Positions 35,333 through 44,711 are shown, counted from the stretch's first letter. The stretch is 64,000 bases of DNA from a bacterium (GCA_030603395.1 JAUVXX010000001.1:104921-168920), one strand, 5' to 3'. The notes: generated by a model not told the origin, from the sequence alone. Program-made: numbers and translations.

Positions 35333-36775
35333 ATGGAGAAAAAAGATTTCAAAAAAATTACTGATTATTTATGGGAAATTCCCAAGTCCTTTCGATCTGA
35401 TATGAAAGTGCCGGTCCGAGTTTATGTTACCGAAAAAATGCTGGGAGAAAGTTTTAGAGACAGATCTCTCGGACAGCTGGTTAATGTTGCCACTTTACCT
35501 GGGATTGTCAATTATGGCTTGGCTATGCCAGACATGCACGAAGGTTACGGCTTTCCCATTGGGGGAGTGGCTGCCATGGATATGAAAACAGGGGTGATTT
35601 CTCCCGGGGGAGTTGGCTATGATATTAACTGTGGCATGCGGCTTTTAAAATCGGATTATTTAGAAAAAGATATTAAACCTCATTTAGAAAAATTAGCCAC
35701 CGAGATTCAAAATGAGGTTCCCTCGGGACTGGGGAAAGGAAGAAAAATAAAGATTGACGTCCAAAGCATCAATAGAATTTTAGAGAGTGGAGCAAAAAGA
35801 TTGGTAGAGCAAGGTTATGGCGAAAAGGAAGATTTAGAGAACTGTGAATCAAACGGACAGCTTCCTCAAGCCGATACTTCTTGTGTTTCTGAGAGAGCCA
35901 AAGATAGAGGCAGAGACCAAGTTGGCACTCTCGGCTCGGGCAATCATTTTCTGGAAGTTCAAAAGGTAGGAGAAATCTTTGATGAGGAAGTTGCTAAAAC
36001 TTTTGGTTTGTTTAAAGACCAAGTGGTAATTATGATTCACACTGGCTCCCGAGGCCTTGGTCATCAAATCGCTACCGATTACATCAGAATAATGATGCAA
36101 GCTATGCCCAAGTATAACATCAGATTGCCTGACCGTGAATTGGCAGCTTGTCCCATCAACTCTCCCGAAGGGAAAAAATATTTTTCAGCCATGAATTGTG
36201 GAGCAAATTATGCCTGGGCCAATCGGCAAATGATAGCTCATTTTATTAGGAAAGCTTGGCAAAATACTTTGGGTGAGAAAGCTTCTCATTTAATCTCTCT
36301 TTATGATGTAGCTCACAACATCGCCAAGATTGAAAAACATCTTGTTAAAGGAAAAGATATGGAGGTTTGTTTGCATCGCAAAGGGGCAACCCGGGCTTTT
36401 CCTCCAGGGCACCCTGAGATTCCAGAAAAATACTGTTCAGTTGGTCAGCCGGTTTTAATTCCAGGGAGCATGGGAACTGCCTCTTACGTTTTGGTTGGCC
36501 AGAAAGAAGGAGAAGGAGCTTTTTATTCAACCTGTCATGGTGCAGGACGCATGATGTCGCGGCACGCAGCCATCAGAAGATTTCCCGGCGATGAGGTAGT
36601 CAGAGATTTGAAAGCAAAAGGGATTTTGGTTAAATGTCGGAGTTTCAGAGGAATAGCTGAAGAAGCACCCTTGGCTTACAAGGACGTTGATGAGGTTGTT
36701 GAGGTGGTCCATCAAGCTGGTTTGTCAAAAAAAGTGGCAAAACTTGTTCCCTTAGCGGTAATTAAGGGAGAGTAA
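35333..36775 (+). CDS. rtcB: RNA 3'-phosphate/5'-OH ligase RtcB
   Basis: PDMHEGYGFPIGG, GYDINCGMR, HTGSRGLGHQ and CHGAGR motifs. 480 aa. Confidence 0.95.
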   Translation: MEKKDFKKITDYLWEIPKSFRSDMKVPVRVYVTEKMLGESFRDRSLGQLVNVATLPGIVNYGLAMPDMHEGYGFPIGGVAAMDMKTGVISPGGVGYDINCGMRLLKSDYLEKDIKPHLEKLATEIQNEVPSGLGKGRKIKIDVQSINRILESGAKRLVEQGYGEKEDLENCESNGQLPQADTSCVSERAKDRGRDQVGTLGSGNHFLEVQKVGEIFDEEVAKTFGLFKDQVVIMIHTGSRGLGHQIATDYIRIMMQAMPKYNIRLPDRELAACPINSPEGKKYFSAMNCGANYAWANRQMIAHFIRKAWQNTLGEKASHLISLYDVAHNIAKIEKHLVKGKDMEVCLHRKGATRAFPPGHPEIPEKYCSVGQPVLIPGSMGTASYVLVGQKEGEGAFYSTCHGAGRMMSRHAAIRRFPGDEVVRDLKAKGILVKCRSFRGIAEEAPLAYKDVDEVVEVVHQAGLSKKVAKLVPLAVIKGE

Positions 36776-36786
36776 ACTTTTACTAC

Positions 36787-36815
36787 TTGAAAAATTAAAC
36801 GAATTAGGTTAAGAT
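36787..36815 (+). promoter_or_regulatory. Candidate promoter (TTGAAA-17 nt-TAAGAT)
   Basis: TTGAAA 36787-36792 and TAAGAT 36810-36815, about 50 nt upstream of the ATG at 36867. Confidence 0.3.
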
Positions 36816-36866
36816 ACCAAATATTATGTTAATCCTTTTTTGGATACTTTTTATTTACGTTCAGTT

Positions 36867-37163
36867 ATGTCAAAAAAACGACTTCCCAGAAGCCAACGGA
36901 AATATATTCGTAGAGAAAAAGCTCGGATTCGCCGGGAAGTTTTAGATTTGAAAAAGCAGAAAGAACTAATTAATCAACTCTATGAAAAATTCTTAAAAAA
37001 GCCCGTTCCTAAAAAACCAACCCCGAAAAAAGCAACTCTGAAAAAGCCAACCTTAAAGAAGCCAATTTCAAAAAAGCCAATCTTGAAAAAGTCCCTCCCG
37101 AAAAAGAAGACTCTAAAAAAACCCACAAAAATTCAAGAAAAAACTCCACAAAAAACTGGTTGA
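36867..37163 (+). CDS. Small basic protein with nine tandem KKxxx pentapeptide repeats
   Basis: I start at ATG 36867; the ORF track uses an upstream TTG at 36840. N-terminus is Arg-rich (RSQRKYIRREKARIRRE). 36996-37130 encodes KKPVP KKPTP KKATL KKPTL KKPIS KKPIL KKSLP KKKTL KKPTK. Confidence 0.55.
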   Translation: MSKKRLPRSQRKYIRREKARIRREVLDLKKQKELINQLYEKFLKKPVPKKPTPKKATLKKPTLKKPISKKPILKKSLPKKKTLKKPTKIQEKTPQKTG

Positions 37164-37193
37164 AAGGCCAGTTTTTTGATAGGATGAAGTAAT

Positions 37194-38333
37194 ATGAAAA
37201 CAGGAGTTGCTACAGTTCCGTTAGATACCGGGCGATGCCCCAAGTGGCTTTTCGATAGAATGAAGCGGCTTTCCCAGGGAATTTTTTTGGCTATCCGGGA
37301 AGAATTTGGCCCGGAAGAAATTTTAAAAAGATTATCAGACCCCACCTGGTTTCAAAGTTTAGGAAGCGTGCTGGCCTTTGATTGGAATAGTTCAGGATTA
37401 ACCACCACTACCATGGGAGCTTTAAAAGAAGCAATCCGAGGATTAGAAAAAGAAATCGGCATTTTTATTTGCGGAGGAAAAGGAAAAACTTCAAAGAAAA
37501 CTCCCGAACAGATTCAGCAATGGGGAGAATTACTGGGATTTTCCAAGGAGAAAATTGACAAGATAGTTTATGCCAGCAAGATATCAGCCAAAATAGATTC
37601 ATCGCTTGTTCAAGACGGTTATCAGCTTTATCATCACAATTTAATTTTTTCAGAAAAGGGGCATTGGGCGGTAGTGCAACAGGGAATGTCTGAAAAAAAT
37701 TCTACTGCCCGACGTTATCACTGGCTTTCATCGGGCGTTAAAGACTTTGTTGAAGAACCACATTCTGGAATTATTTCTAACACCCAGGGGAAACCATTAG
37801 ATTTAACCGCCAGAAAGAGCAGGGAGAATAAAAAAATTTCCAAGGAGTTAGTAACTGAAGAGCCCAAGACATTTTTAAAGGACATAAGCTTGATTTCAGA
37901 AAAAGGCGGTTATTTAATAAACCAAAAAAGATTGCCGGGTTTTACCGAAATGCAACTGCCCAATCTTGAATTTCACTGGCATCCGGTTCTCCAAGAGAAA
38001 TTTGATTTAAAAAGATTGGAAAAAACCATTCTCTTTGCTAAATCCCAAACTCCTGAGAACTTTGAAAATCTTTTATCACTCAAAGGGATTGGTCCAAGGA
38101 CTATTCGTGCTTTAAGTTTGGTAGCTGAAATAATCTATGGCGCCAAACCCTCCTATCAAGACCCAGCCAGATACTCTTTCGCTCATGGGGGGAAAGACGG
38201 CACACCATATTTTCCAAAACGCCAAGAACTTGACCGAACAATAGAAATTTTAGAAAAAGGAATTAAAAAGAGCAGAATCTCAATCCGAGAAAAAACTGAA
38301 GCCCAAAAGAGATTAAACAACTTAAATTTGTGA
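37194..38333 (+). CDS. DUF763-family protein with C-terminal helix-hairpin-helix-like motif
   Basis: The N-terminal TVPLDTGRCPKWLFDRMKRL matches my memory of the DUF763 family. HhH-like LLSLKGIGPRTIRALSLVAEIIYG. Confidence 0.7.
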   Translation: MKTGVATVPLDTGRCPKWLFDRMKRLSQGIFLAIREEFGPEEILKRLSDPTWFQSLGSVLAFDWNSSGLTTTTMGALKEAIRGLEKEIGIFICGGKGKTSKKTPEQIQQWGELLGFSKEKIDKIVYASKISAKIDSSLVQDGYQLYHHNLIFSEKGHWAVVQQGMSEKNSTARRYHWLSSGVKDFVEEPHSGIISNTQGKPLDLTARKSRENKKISKELVTEEPKTFLKDISLISEKGGYLINQKRLPGFTEMQLPNLEFHWHPVLQEKFDLKRLEKTILFAKSQTPENFENLLSLKGIGPRTIRALSLVAEIIYGAKPSYQDPARYSFAHGGKDGTPYFPKRQELDRTIEILEKGIKKSRISIREKTEAQKRLNNLNL

Positions 38334-38406
38334 AAAAATACTCTTCCAAAAGAGCGAACAAGGGAAAGCTCAGCTTTAGGACGCCTTCCCGATTTATTTA
38401 TCAAAA

Positions 38407-39828
38407 ATGTCAGAGAACAATCAAAAAGAAAGCCAAAAGGGAAAAAAGGAATTAATTTTAAAAGTTTTACTTTATAGCGCCATTTTTGCTGGGGTTGGTT
38501 TTTTTGTTTATGCTCTTTTTTTCCCAAAAACAATAATTATGGAGTTTGAACCAGCAAGTATAGTTGGTGAAAGTTTTAAAAACGAAGAACTAATTGATTC
38601 ACCAACTCAAACGAAAGAACCACATTATTTAAAAGATTTTACTCAAACAAGGAATAATTTTATATTGGCTCAAGCTGATTTCTTGGAAATGCATCTTTCT
38701 GAGATGGAGCTAAGAGTTTACCAAGATGGTGTTTTAGAAAAAGCAGTGCCAATTCTACTCAAAGGAGACCCCCAGGGCTGGGGAGGAACGGCAGCCGGGC
38801 TTTATAAGATAAAATCAGGGAATATAGCCAGCTTTTCTATAGTTTCCGATGTTTATATGCCTTATTCTTTGAGTTTTTATGGGAAATATTACGTTCACGG
38901 CATACCTTATTATCCGGGAGGAGGCAAACTTGTTTCCGATGTTTCTGGGGGTTGTATCCGTCTGTCTGATGAGGACGCCGAATTTGTTTACAATGCGGCA
39001 GAGATAGGAATGCCAATTTTAGTAATTGATAAGGAAAACGACAAATACCAATACCCAAGTTTCATTGATGGAGAGATTGACGAATTTCCCCAGCTTTCAG
39101 CTCAAAGTTATTTAGTGGCTGACTTGGACTCGGGTTTTGTTTTTGCTGAAGAAAATTCTCAAACGCCATTACCAATCGCTTCTTTAACCAAATTAATGAC
39201 GGCACTGGTGGTTGCTGAGAACGTTGATTTGCGTAAGTCAATTTCTATTACTGAAAAAATGTTAGAGGCCTATGGAGAGACTGAGGGGTTGGAGATTGGT
39301 AAAAGTTTTAGAGTGGTTGAGTTGTTTTATGCTCTTTTGATTGAATCTTCAAATGATGCGGCTGAAGCTTTGAGCGGATTTTTGGGAAGACAAAGAATCA
39401 TTGAAATAATGAACGAGAAAGCAAAATCAATTTTAATGCAAAATACGAATTTCAGCGACCCTTCCGGCTTTGACCCCAAAAATACTTCAACCGCTCAAGA
39501 CCTTTTTTATCTGCTAAGATACATTCTTAATAACCGTCCTCCCATTCTGGAAATTACCAAAGGAAATAGCGTTAGAAGTTTTGGTGAGGTCCGGTTTGAC
39601 ATTGAGAATTTTTGGAATAAAAATGAGTTTATTAACGATTCAACTTTCATCGGAGGAAAAACCGGCTATATCCCTGAAGCTAATTATACTGCTGCTTTTA
39701 TCTTTAACTTCAACGATAAAGATGGTGAAGCTCGCAACGTAGCAATTATCCTTCTGGGTTCTCAAGACGAAAAAATTGATACCCAGAAGATTTACATCTG
39801 GCTTCAAAAAAATTATTTTAAAATATGA
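38407..39828 (+). CDS. Fusion protein: L,D-transpeptidase (YkuD) + D-Ala-D-Ala carboxypeptidase (peptidase S11)
   Basis: N-terminal TM. YkuD active site YVHG..SGGCIRL. S11 motifs ASLTK (SxxK), SSND (SxN) and KTG (GGKTGYI). Confidence 0.8.
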   Translation: MSENNQKESQKGKKELILKVLLYSAIFAGVGFFVYALFFPKTIIMEFEPASIVGESFKNEELIDSPTQTKEPHYLKDFTQTRNNFILAQADFLEMHLSEMELRVYQDGVLEKAVPILLKGDPQGWGGTAAGLYKIKSGNIASFSIVSDVYMPYSLSFYGKYYVHGIPYYPGGGKLVSDVSGGCIRLSDEDAEFVYNAAEIGMPILVIDKENDKYQYPSFIDGEIDEFPQLSAQSYLVADLDSGFVFAEENSQTPLPIASLTKLMTALVVAENVDLRKSISITEKMLEAYGETEGLEIGKSFRVVELFYALLIESSNDAAEALSGFLGRQRIIEIMNEKAKSILMQNTNFSDPSGFDPKNTSTAQDLFYLLRYILNNRPPILEITKGNSVRSFGEVRFDIENFWNKNEFINDSTFIGGKTGYIPEANYTAAFIFNFNDKDGEARNVAIILLGSQDEKIDTQKIYIWLQKNYFKI

Positions 39829-40673
39829 AAAAATACTCTCTCTCAAATCCTTGGCAAACCTTTAGCTTTGAGGCAGTTTTCTTTGCTTTAAGTTTAGGTT
39901 TGGGAATCCTGGCTGGTTTGAAATTGGCAGAAATTTTTAAAATTCAAAAACTCTCCCCACCCACCATTTCACTCTGGCAGTTCCTGTTTTATTTTCTGGT
40001 GGCCACCCTTTTCTTGCTTTTCATTATCTATTTTCTCAAATTCAAGAAAGGCAAAGGAATATTTTTCAAGGGGATTTTTTTTCTGGTCATTGGTTTTGGT
40101 AATCTTTTCTTTTTCGGGTTGTGGCTGCCAGATTTTCTGACTTTCATCGTAATAGCTGTTCTGCTTGTCCTTTTATTCAAACGACCCTCTCTGATGCTTC
40201 ACAATTTTGCTTTAATTTTTGCCATAGCTGGCGTGGGAGCCAGCTTGGGCACAAGTTTTAAACCTGAGATGGTTGTTTTACTTCTTTTAATTTTTTCCGT
40301 CTACGATTTCATTGCTGTTTATAAAACAAAGCATATGGTCAGAATGGCCAAAGAAATGCTGGCCCACCGGGCAATTCTGGGACTGATTATTCCCCAAAAG
40401 ATGTCTGATTTAAAAGCCCAGCCAAAAGAAATTGAATCCGGAGGCAGGTTCTTAATCTTGGGAGCCGGCGATTTTGTCTTTCCTTTAGTTTTGGTTGTTT
40501 CTCTGATTCCTCAGGGAATCCCCAGTGTCTTAATTGTTGCCTTGTTTTCTCTGCTCGGCCTTCTGGCAAGTTTCCTGATTTTTCTTTCCAAAAAAGTTCG
40601 CACCCCTATGCCAGCCCTCCCTCCCATTGCCCTTTTCTCCATTATCGGCTATTTACTAACCAGAATTATTTAA
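39825..40673 (+). CDS. Presenilin/signal-peptide-peptidase-like intramembrane aspartyl protease homologue
   Basis: About 9 TM segments. VYDFIAVYKTKHM (YD motif), LGAGDFVFP (GxGD) and PMPALPP (PAL). ATGA overlap with the upstream gene. Confidence 0.75.
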   Translation: MKKYSLSNPWQTFSFEAVFFALSLGLGILAGLKLAEIFKIQKLSPPTISLWQFLFYFLVATLFLLFIIYFLKFKKGKGIFFKGIFFLVIGFGNLFFFGLWLPDFLTFIVIAVLLVLLFKRPSLMLHNFALIFAIAGVGASLGTSFKPEMVVLLLLIFSVYDFIAVYKTKHMVRMAKEMLAHRAILGLIIPQKMSDLKAQPKEIESGGRFLILGAGDFVFPLVLVVSLIPQGIPSVLIVALFSLLGLLASFLIFLSKKVRTPMPALPPIALFSIIGYLLTRII

Positions 40674-40684
40674 GCAACTGAAAG

Positions 40685-40708
40685 CTGCCTGCTCCGAAGA
40701 GCAGGCAG
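40685..40708. terminator. Bidirectional hairpin terminator between convergent genes
   Basis: ctgcctgctc cgaa gagcaggcag (10-bp stem, tetraloop), flanked by aaag and tattta. Confidence 0.6.
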
Positions 40709-40744
40709 TATTTATGTTACTTTGATACTTTTTATAATGTGCGG

Positions 40745-41401
40745 TTAATCCTCTTGAACTCTAATCCTCTTAAATTTCTCAAAGTCCTTAGGATAAGGAC
40801 TTGCTACATCAATTAGAGAAACTATTGGCGTGTCTCCAAGTTTTTCCTTCTGTTCAGTTGCCAGCCACATCTTTCGGAATATCACCCCTAATCCTAGGAA
40901 TTCTCCTTTTACATTTTCTATCATCTTTTTGATGGCTTCAGCAGTTCCTCCATCCCGCAAGACATCATCTATCATTAAAACTCTCTGCCTTGCCACGAAA
41001 TCCCTTCTGGTGCTTAAAACCTTTACCATGTCTTTGTGAGAGGCGCTCCGAACTGACCCGAAAAGATCAAACATTGGTATTTCAGTTACCTCGGTTTTCC
41101 GGAAGGTGTGAGCATAGAGTCCTTCCTTGGCTAGACCAAGGTAATGAGCAATTGGAACTCCAAGGATGACCAGAACGTTTCCCGAAGCTTCAGCAGTCGT
41201 TAAAACTTCAATATCTTTCACCTTATCCGTCTCACGAAACTTTTTCAAAATGGCCATTACCGCTCCAGCAAGGACAGGGGTATCGAATTTAGCATTAATT
41301 CCATTATTTATATCTATCCATCCCTCACTTGGCATAGAAATCCTTTTCAGAATTTCTTTTACCGTCTCGTCTCTTCCCATAATAGGGATTTTAATCTCCA
41401 T
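40745..41401 (-). CDS. Phosphoribosyltransferase family protein
   Basis: PRPP-binding loop VLMIDDVLRDGGTAEA. Last gene of the nucleoside-transporter operon. Confidence 0.7.
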   Translation of the reverse strand: MEIKIPIMGRDETVKEILKRISMPSEGWIDINNGINAKFDTPVLAGAVMAILKKFRETDKVKDIEVLTTAEASGNVLVILGVPIAHYLGLAKEGLYAHTFRKTEVTEIPMFDLFGSVRSASHKDMVKVLSTRRDFVARQRVLMIDDVLRDGGTAEAIKKMIENVKGEFLGLGVIFRKMWLATEQKEKLGDTPIVSLIDVASPYPKDFEKFKRIRVQED

Positions 41402-41502
41402 CTTTTTACCTCCTTATTAAGTCAATATAATTTAGAGGGGGTGGACTCGAAATAAATCTCACCCCCTCATATTCAGCAAAGAAGAAAAAGGATTTTCTTC
41501 CT

Positions 41503-42684
41503 CTAGCGAGGAATTTCTCCTCTTACATTTTCTACAAACCAATCCATCAGCCAAAGCTCGTCATGTGATCCCCTCCGACCAGCCTCGATTCTTACATTAC
41601 CTGCTTGGTCTCGGATAGGTCCGGTAAAGGGATCGAACAGAACCGTCTCCTCTGACATCTGGGCAAGTCTTTCCATAACCAGGTCATAAACACTTATCTC
41701 ACCCAGTATGGGGTCGACCACTTTTTTCTCTTTAAGGGTTGCTTCGAAATTGGGATTAATAGGGATACCGAATTCTCCTCCCAATTCGCAAGCCTTCTCT
41801 TTGAGCATCCACCAATAATCTACCTCCTGGAGATTAGTATTGTTGTAAACACCAGCGTAGATTTTGGCTAAAATCTCCTCATAGAGAGCCTCCCAACGAA
41901 CCAACTGTCCCGAAACACAAGAATCTTCACCAAATCTCTGCATGGGAGAATAGTGACCGAAGGTATAGACCGGTTCTCCTTCCTCAACGTACTCTTGTCC
42001 CACTTGAACCACTGTCGGACTGTCTTCGGTGAAAGCCAGAACATCAATGCCGTCAGCAATTAATGCCTCGGCTGCTAATCTGGCTTTAGATGGATCGTAC
42101 CAGGCAAAGAGCCACCTGACATCAACGGTTGCTTCTGGATTTGCTTCTTTAACACCCAGAGCAAAAGCGTTAATGTGACGAACTACCTCCGGAATTGGGT
42201 AGGCTCCGATATAGCCGGTTTTTCCTGATTTGGTCATTGCTCCAGCTATTAGTCCATTCAGGTAGTAAATCTGATGGAATTCGCTGAAATAGGTTCCCAT
42301 GTTGGGAGCTCTTTGATAACCTGAGCAATGAAAGAAAATTTTATCCGGGTAGTTGGTAGCAGTCTCTAAGGTAGAACCCATAAACCCGAAGGAGGTGGTG
42401 AAAACCACATCTGCCCCTTCTTCAACAACGAACCTCTCAATGTACCGGTAAGCATCAGCTTCCGGTACCGTCTCGGCATAGACCGTTTCCAGCCAAGGGA
42501 ATTTCTCATCTACGTATTTTCGTCCCTCATTATGGGCATGACTCCACCCATAATCACCGACTGGTCCCACGTAGATGAAGGCCGCTTTTAGCGGCTCCCC
42601 TGGACTGTATCCATATCCAGCTATCCCAATCATGGTGAACAGGATAGCTACCACTAAAACACTAATCAAACTTCTTTTAAACAC
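41503..42684 (-). CDS. BMP-family (PnrA/Med-like) ABC substrate-binding protein
   Basis: N-terminal anchor. AAFIYVGPVGDYGWSHAHNEG and ..GYIGAYPIPEV.. are typical of basic-membrane-protein nucleoside binders. Confidence 0.85.
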   Translation of the reverse strand: MFKRSLISVLVVAILFTMIGIAGYGYSPGEPLKAAFIYVGPVGDYGWSHAHNEGRKYVDEKFPWLETVYAETVPEADAYRYIERFVVEEGADVVFTTSFGFMGSTLETATNYPDKIFFHCSGYQRAPNMGTYFSEFHQIYYLNGLIAGAMTKSGKTGYIGAYPIPEVVRHINAFALGVKEANPEATVDVRWLFAWYDPSKARLAAEALIADGIDVLAFTEDSPTVVQVGQEYVEEGEPVYTFGHYSPMQRFGEDSCVSGQLVRWEALYEEILAKIYAGVYNNTNLQEVDYWWMLKEKACELGGEFGIPINPNFEATLKEKKVVDPILGEISVYDLVMERLAQMSEETVLFDPFTGPIRDQAGNVRIEAGRRGSHDELWLMDWFVENVRGEIPR

Positions 42685-42727
42685 TGTTACCTCCCTCTCT
42701 TCTTATTTTCCTTTCCTTCTTTGCTTT

Positions 42728-43654
42728 CTATCTTTCTTCTTTAACATAGGGAATACCCAGAGCAGCAGGTGCTCCTACTTTTCTTTTGATTTTCTCTTGG
42801 GCACTGACTAAGACGACTACCGTCATGGTCAGGATGAAGGGTAGCATATTCAACAGATTAGGGGAAATCCCTAAGGGTTGAAGCCGATACTGTAACACCT
42901 TCACCCCGCCGAAGAGATAGGCACCCCAGACTGCTCTTTCTGGTTTCCATAAGGCAAAGATAGTTAAAGCAATAACTATCCAGCCGCTCCCTACGGTCAT
43001 TCCCTCACTCCAGGCTGGGGTGTAAGCTAATGATAGATAAGCTCCACCCATGCCAGCCATTAGTCCTCCGATGAAGACCGCCAGGTATCTAACCAGATAA
43101 ACATTGACTCCTGCTCCATTGGCTGTCTTTGGTTTCTCTCCCACTGCTCTCAGACTGATTCCCCACTTGGTTTTAAACAGAACAAACCAGAATAGGGGAG
43201 TTAGTAAAAACAATGAAAGATAGACCAGGGCATCCTGTTTGAAGAGAACCTCTCCGATAACCGGAATATCTTCCAAAACCGGAAGAGGAGATGCTCTAAT
43301 CTTAGCGGGTAAAGGTAGTCCTACGTAAGCTCTGCCAATCAGAGCGCTCAGCCCCACTCCAAATATGGTCAAGGCTAATCCTGAAACGATTTGGTTAGCC
43401 CGGAAAGTGATACTGAGTAAACCGTGGATCAAAGCCATTCCTCCACCTACCAGACAAGCCGCCATAATTCCCAGCCAGACATTGCCAGTAGCCATGGTTG
43501 TCCCGAAAGCACTGACTGCTCCCATAATCATCATGCCTTCCACTCCTAAGTTCAATACTCCAGACCTCTCTGAATATATTTCTCCCAGAGTTCCCAAAAG
43601 AAGAGGGGTACCCGCTGGGAGAACAATTTTCAAGGTACTGATGATAAAGTCCAT
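42728..43654 (-). CDS. ABC transporter permease (BMP/nucleoside type)
   Basis: About 8-9 TM segments. GERSGVLNLGVEGMM motif of the sugar/nucleoside ABC permease family. Confidence 0.85.
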   Translation of the reverse strand: MDFIISTLKIVLPAGTPLLLGTLGEIYSERSGVLNLGVEGMMIMGAVSAFGTTMATGNVWLGIMAACLVGGGMALIHGLLSITFRANQIVSGLALTIFGVGLSALIGRAYVGLPLPAKIRASPLPVLEDIPVIGEVLFKQDALVYLSLFLLTPLFWFVLFKTKWGISLRAVGEKPKTANGAGVNVYLVRYLAVFIGGLMAGMGGAYLSLAYTPAWSEGMTVGSGWIVIALTIFALWKPERAVWGAYLFGGVKVLQYRLQPLGISPNLLNMLPFILTMTVVVLVSAQEKIKRKVGAPAALGIPYVKEER

Positions 43655-43655
43655 C

Positions 43656-44708
43656 TTACCCCTCCCTATCTTTCTTTGTCAAGCGGTAGCGACTTAAAAA
43701 CCCTCGGGCTAAAAAGAAAAAGAGAATCACCCCGTTGAATATCTTTATTACCCCGATGGGAAACCCTAAACTTACCTGGATGGCATCTCCACCTACCAGC
43801 AATCCTCCGAAGAGGAAAGCTGCCAGAATGATAAACAAGGGATGGAGAGTGCCCAGCCAGGCAACGATGATGGCCGTAAAGCCATAGCCAGGGGAAATTC
43901 CCAGGGGTTCCAATAATCGGTGGTGAATTCCAGCTACTTCGCCAACACCAGCTAAGCCAGCTAAACCTCCACTGATAACCATCGCTAGCACCGTAATCCT
44001 ACCGCTTTTTATTCCGGCATATCTTGCTGTTTCCGGACTTGCTCCCAAGACCTCAATTTCATACCCAAATTTTGTCTTCTTCATCAGAAGATAAAGGAAA
44101 ACCGCTAATGCCAATCCCAGTAAGAGAGTGGGATAGTGGATTCGGGTACGAAGAATGGTCGGTAGCCAAGCTGCCAAGGGAAATTTGCTGGAGTAGGGAA
44201 ATCCCCATTCCTGAGGTCCCTTCCAGGGTCCATAAACCAGATACTTGACCAATTCTCTGACGATATAGACCAGCATCAGAGAGGTAATCACCTCGTTAGT
44301 TCTGAATTTTACCTTTAAGACGGCTGGAATAATTCCCAAGCCGGCTCCTGCAGCAAATCCTACGCCAAACATCAGAGGAATCATTATCCAGAAAGGAGCT
44401 CCCGGAGCAAGATAAAGTGCCACCCAGGTAGCTCCGATTACTCCCATTAACAACTGACCTTCTGCTCCAATGTTCCAGAACCCCATCTTGAAAACTACTG
44501 CCAAGCCTGCCCCACAAAGCAATAGGGGGATAGCTTTGGTTAAGGTTCTGGAAAGTCCAAACCAACTTCCAAAAGCTCCCATAAATATCTTCTGGTAGAG
44601 AACCAAAGGATTGGCCCCGGCTATCCAGAAAACTATGGCAATGCTCAGCAAAGCTAGACCAATTGCCACCAGGGGAGCTATCATCTCTCTATCTGGTTTG
44701 ATTCTCAT
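43656..44708 (-). CDS. ABC transporter permease (BMP/nucleoside type)
   Basis: Multi-TM with FWNIGAEGQLLMG motif. 1-nt gap to the next permease. Confidence 0.85.
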   Translation of the reverse strand: MRIKPDREMIAPLVAIGLALLSIAIVFWIAGANPLVLYQKIFMGAFGSWFGLSRTLTKAIPLLLCGAGLAVVFKMGFWNIGAEGQLLMGVIGATWVALYLAPGAPFWIMIPLMFGVGFAAGAGLGIIPAVLKVKFRTNEVITSLMLVYIVRELVKYLVYGPWKGPQEWGFPYSSKFPLAAWLPTILRTRIHYPTLLLGLALAVFLYLLMKKTKFGYEIEVLGASPETARYAGIKSGRITVLAMVISGGLAGLAGVGEVAGIHHRLLEPLGISPGYGFTAIIVAWLGTLHPLFIILAAFLFGGLLVGGDAIQVSLGFPIGVIKIFNGVILFFFLARGFLSRYRLTKKDREG

Positions 44709-44711
44709 CCC

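Noticed and set aside
38183-38533. 116-aa - strand ORF spanning the DUF763 3' end and the LDT-fusion 5' end
   Set aside because: It overlaps two well-supported + strand genes and their intergenic region, and has no motif.
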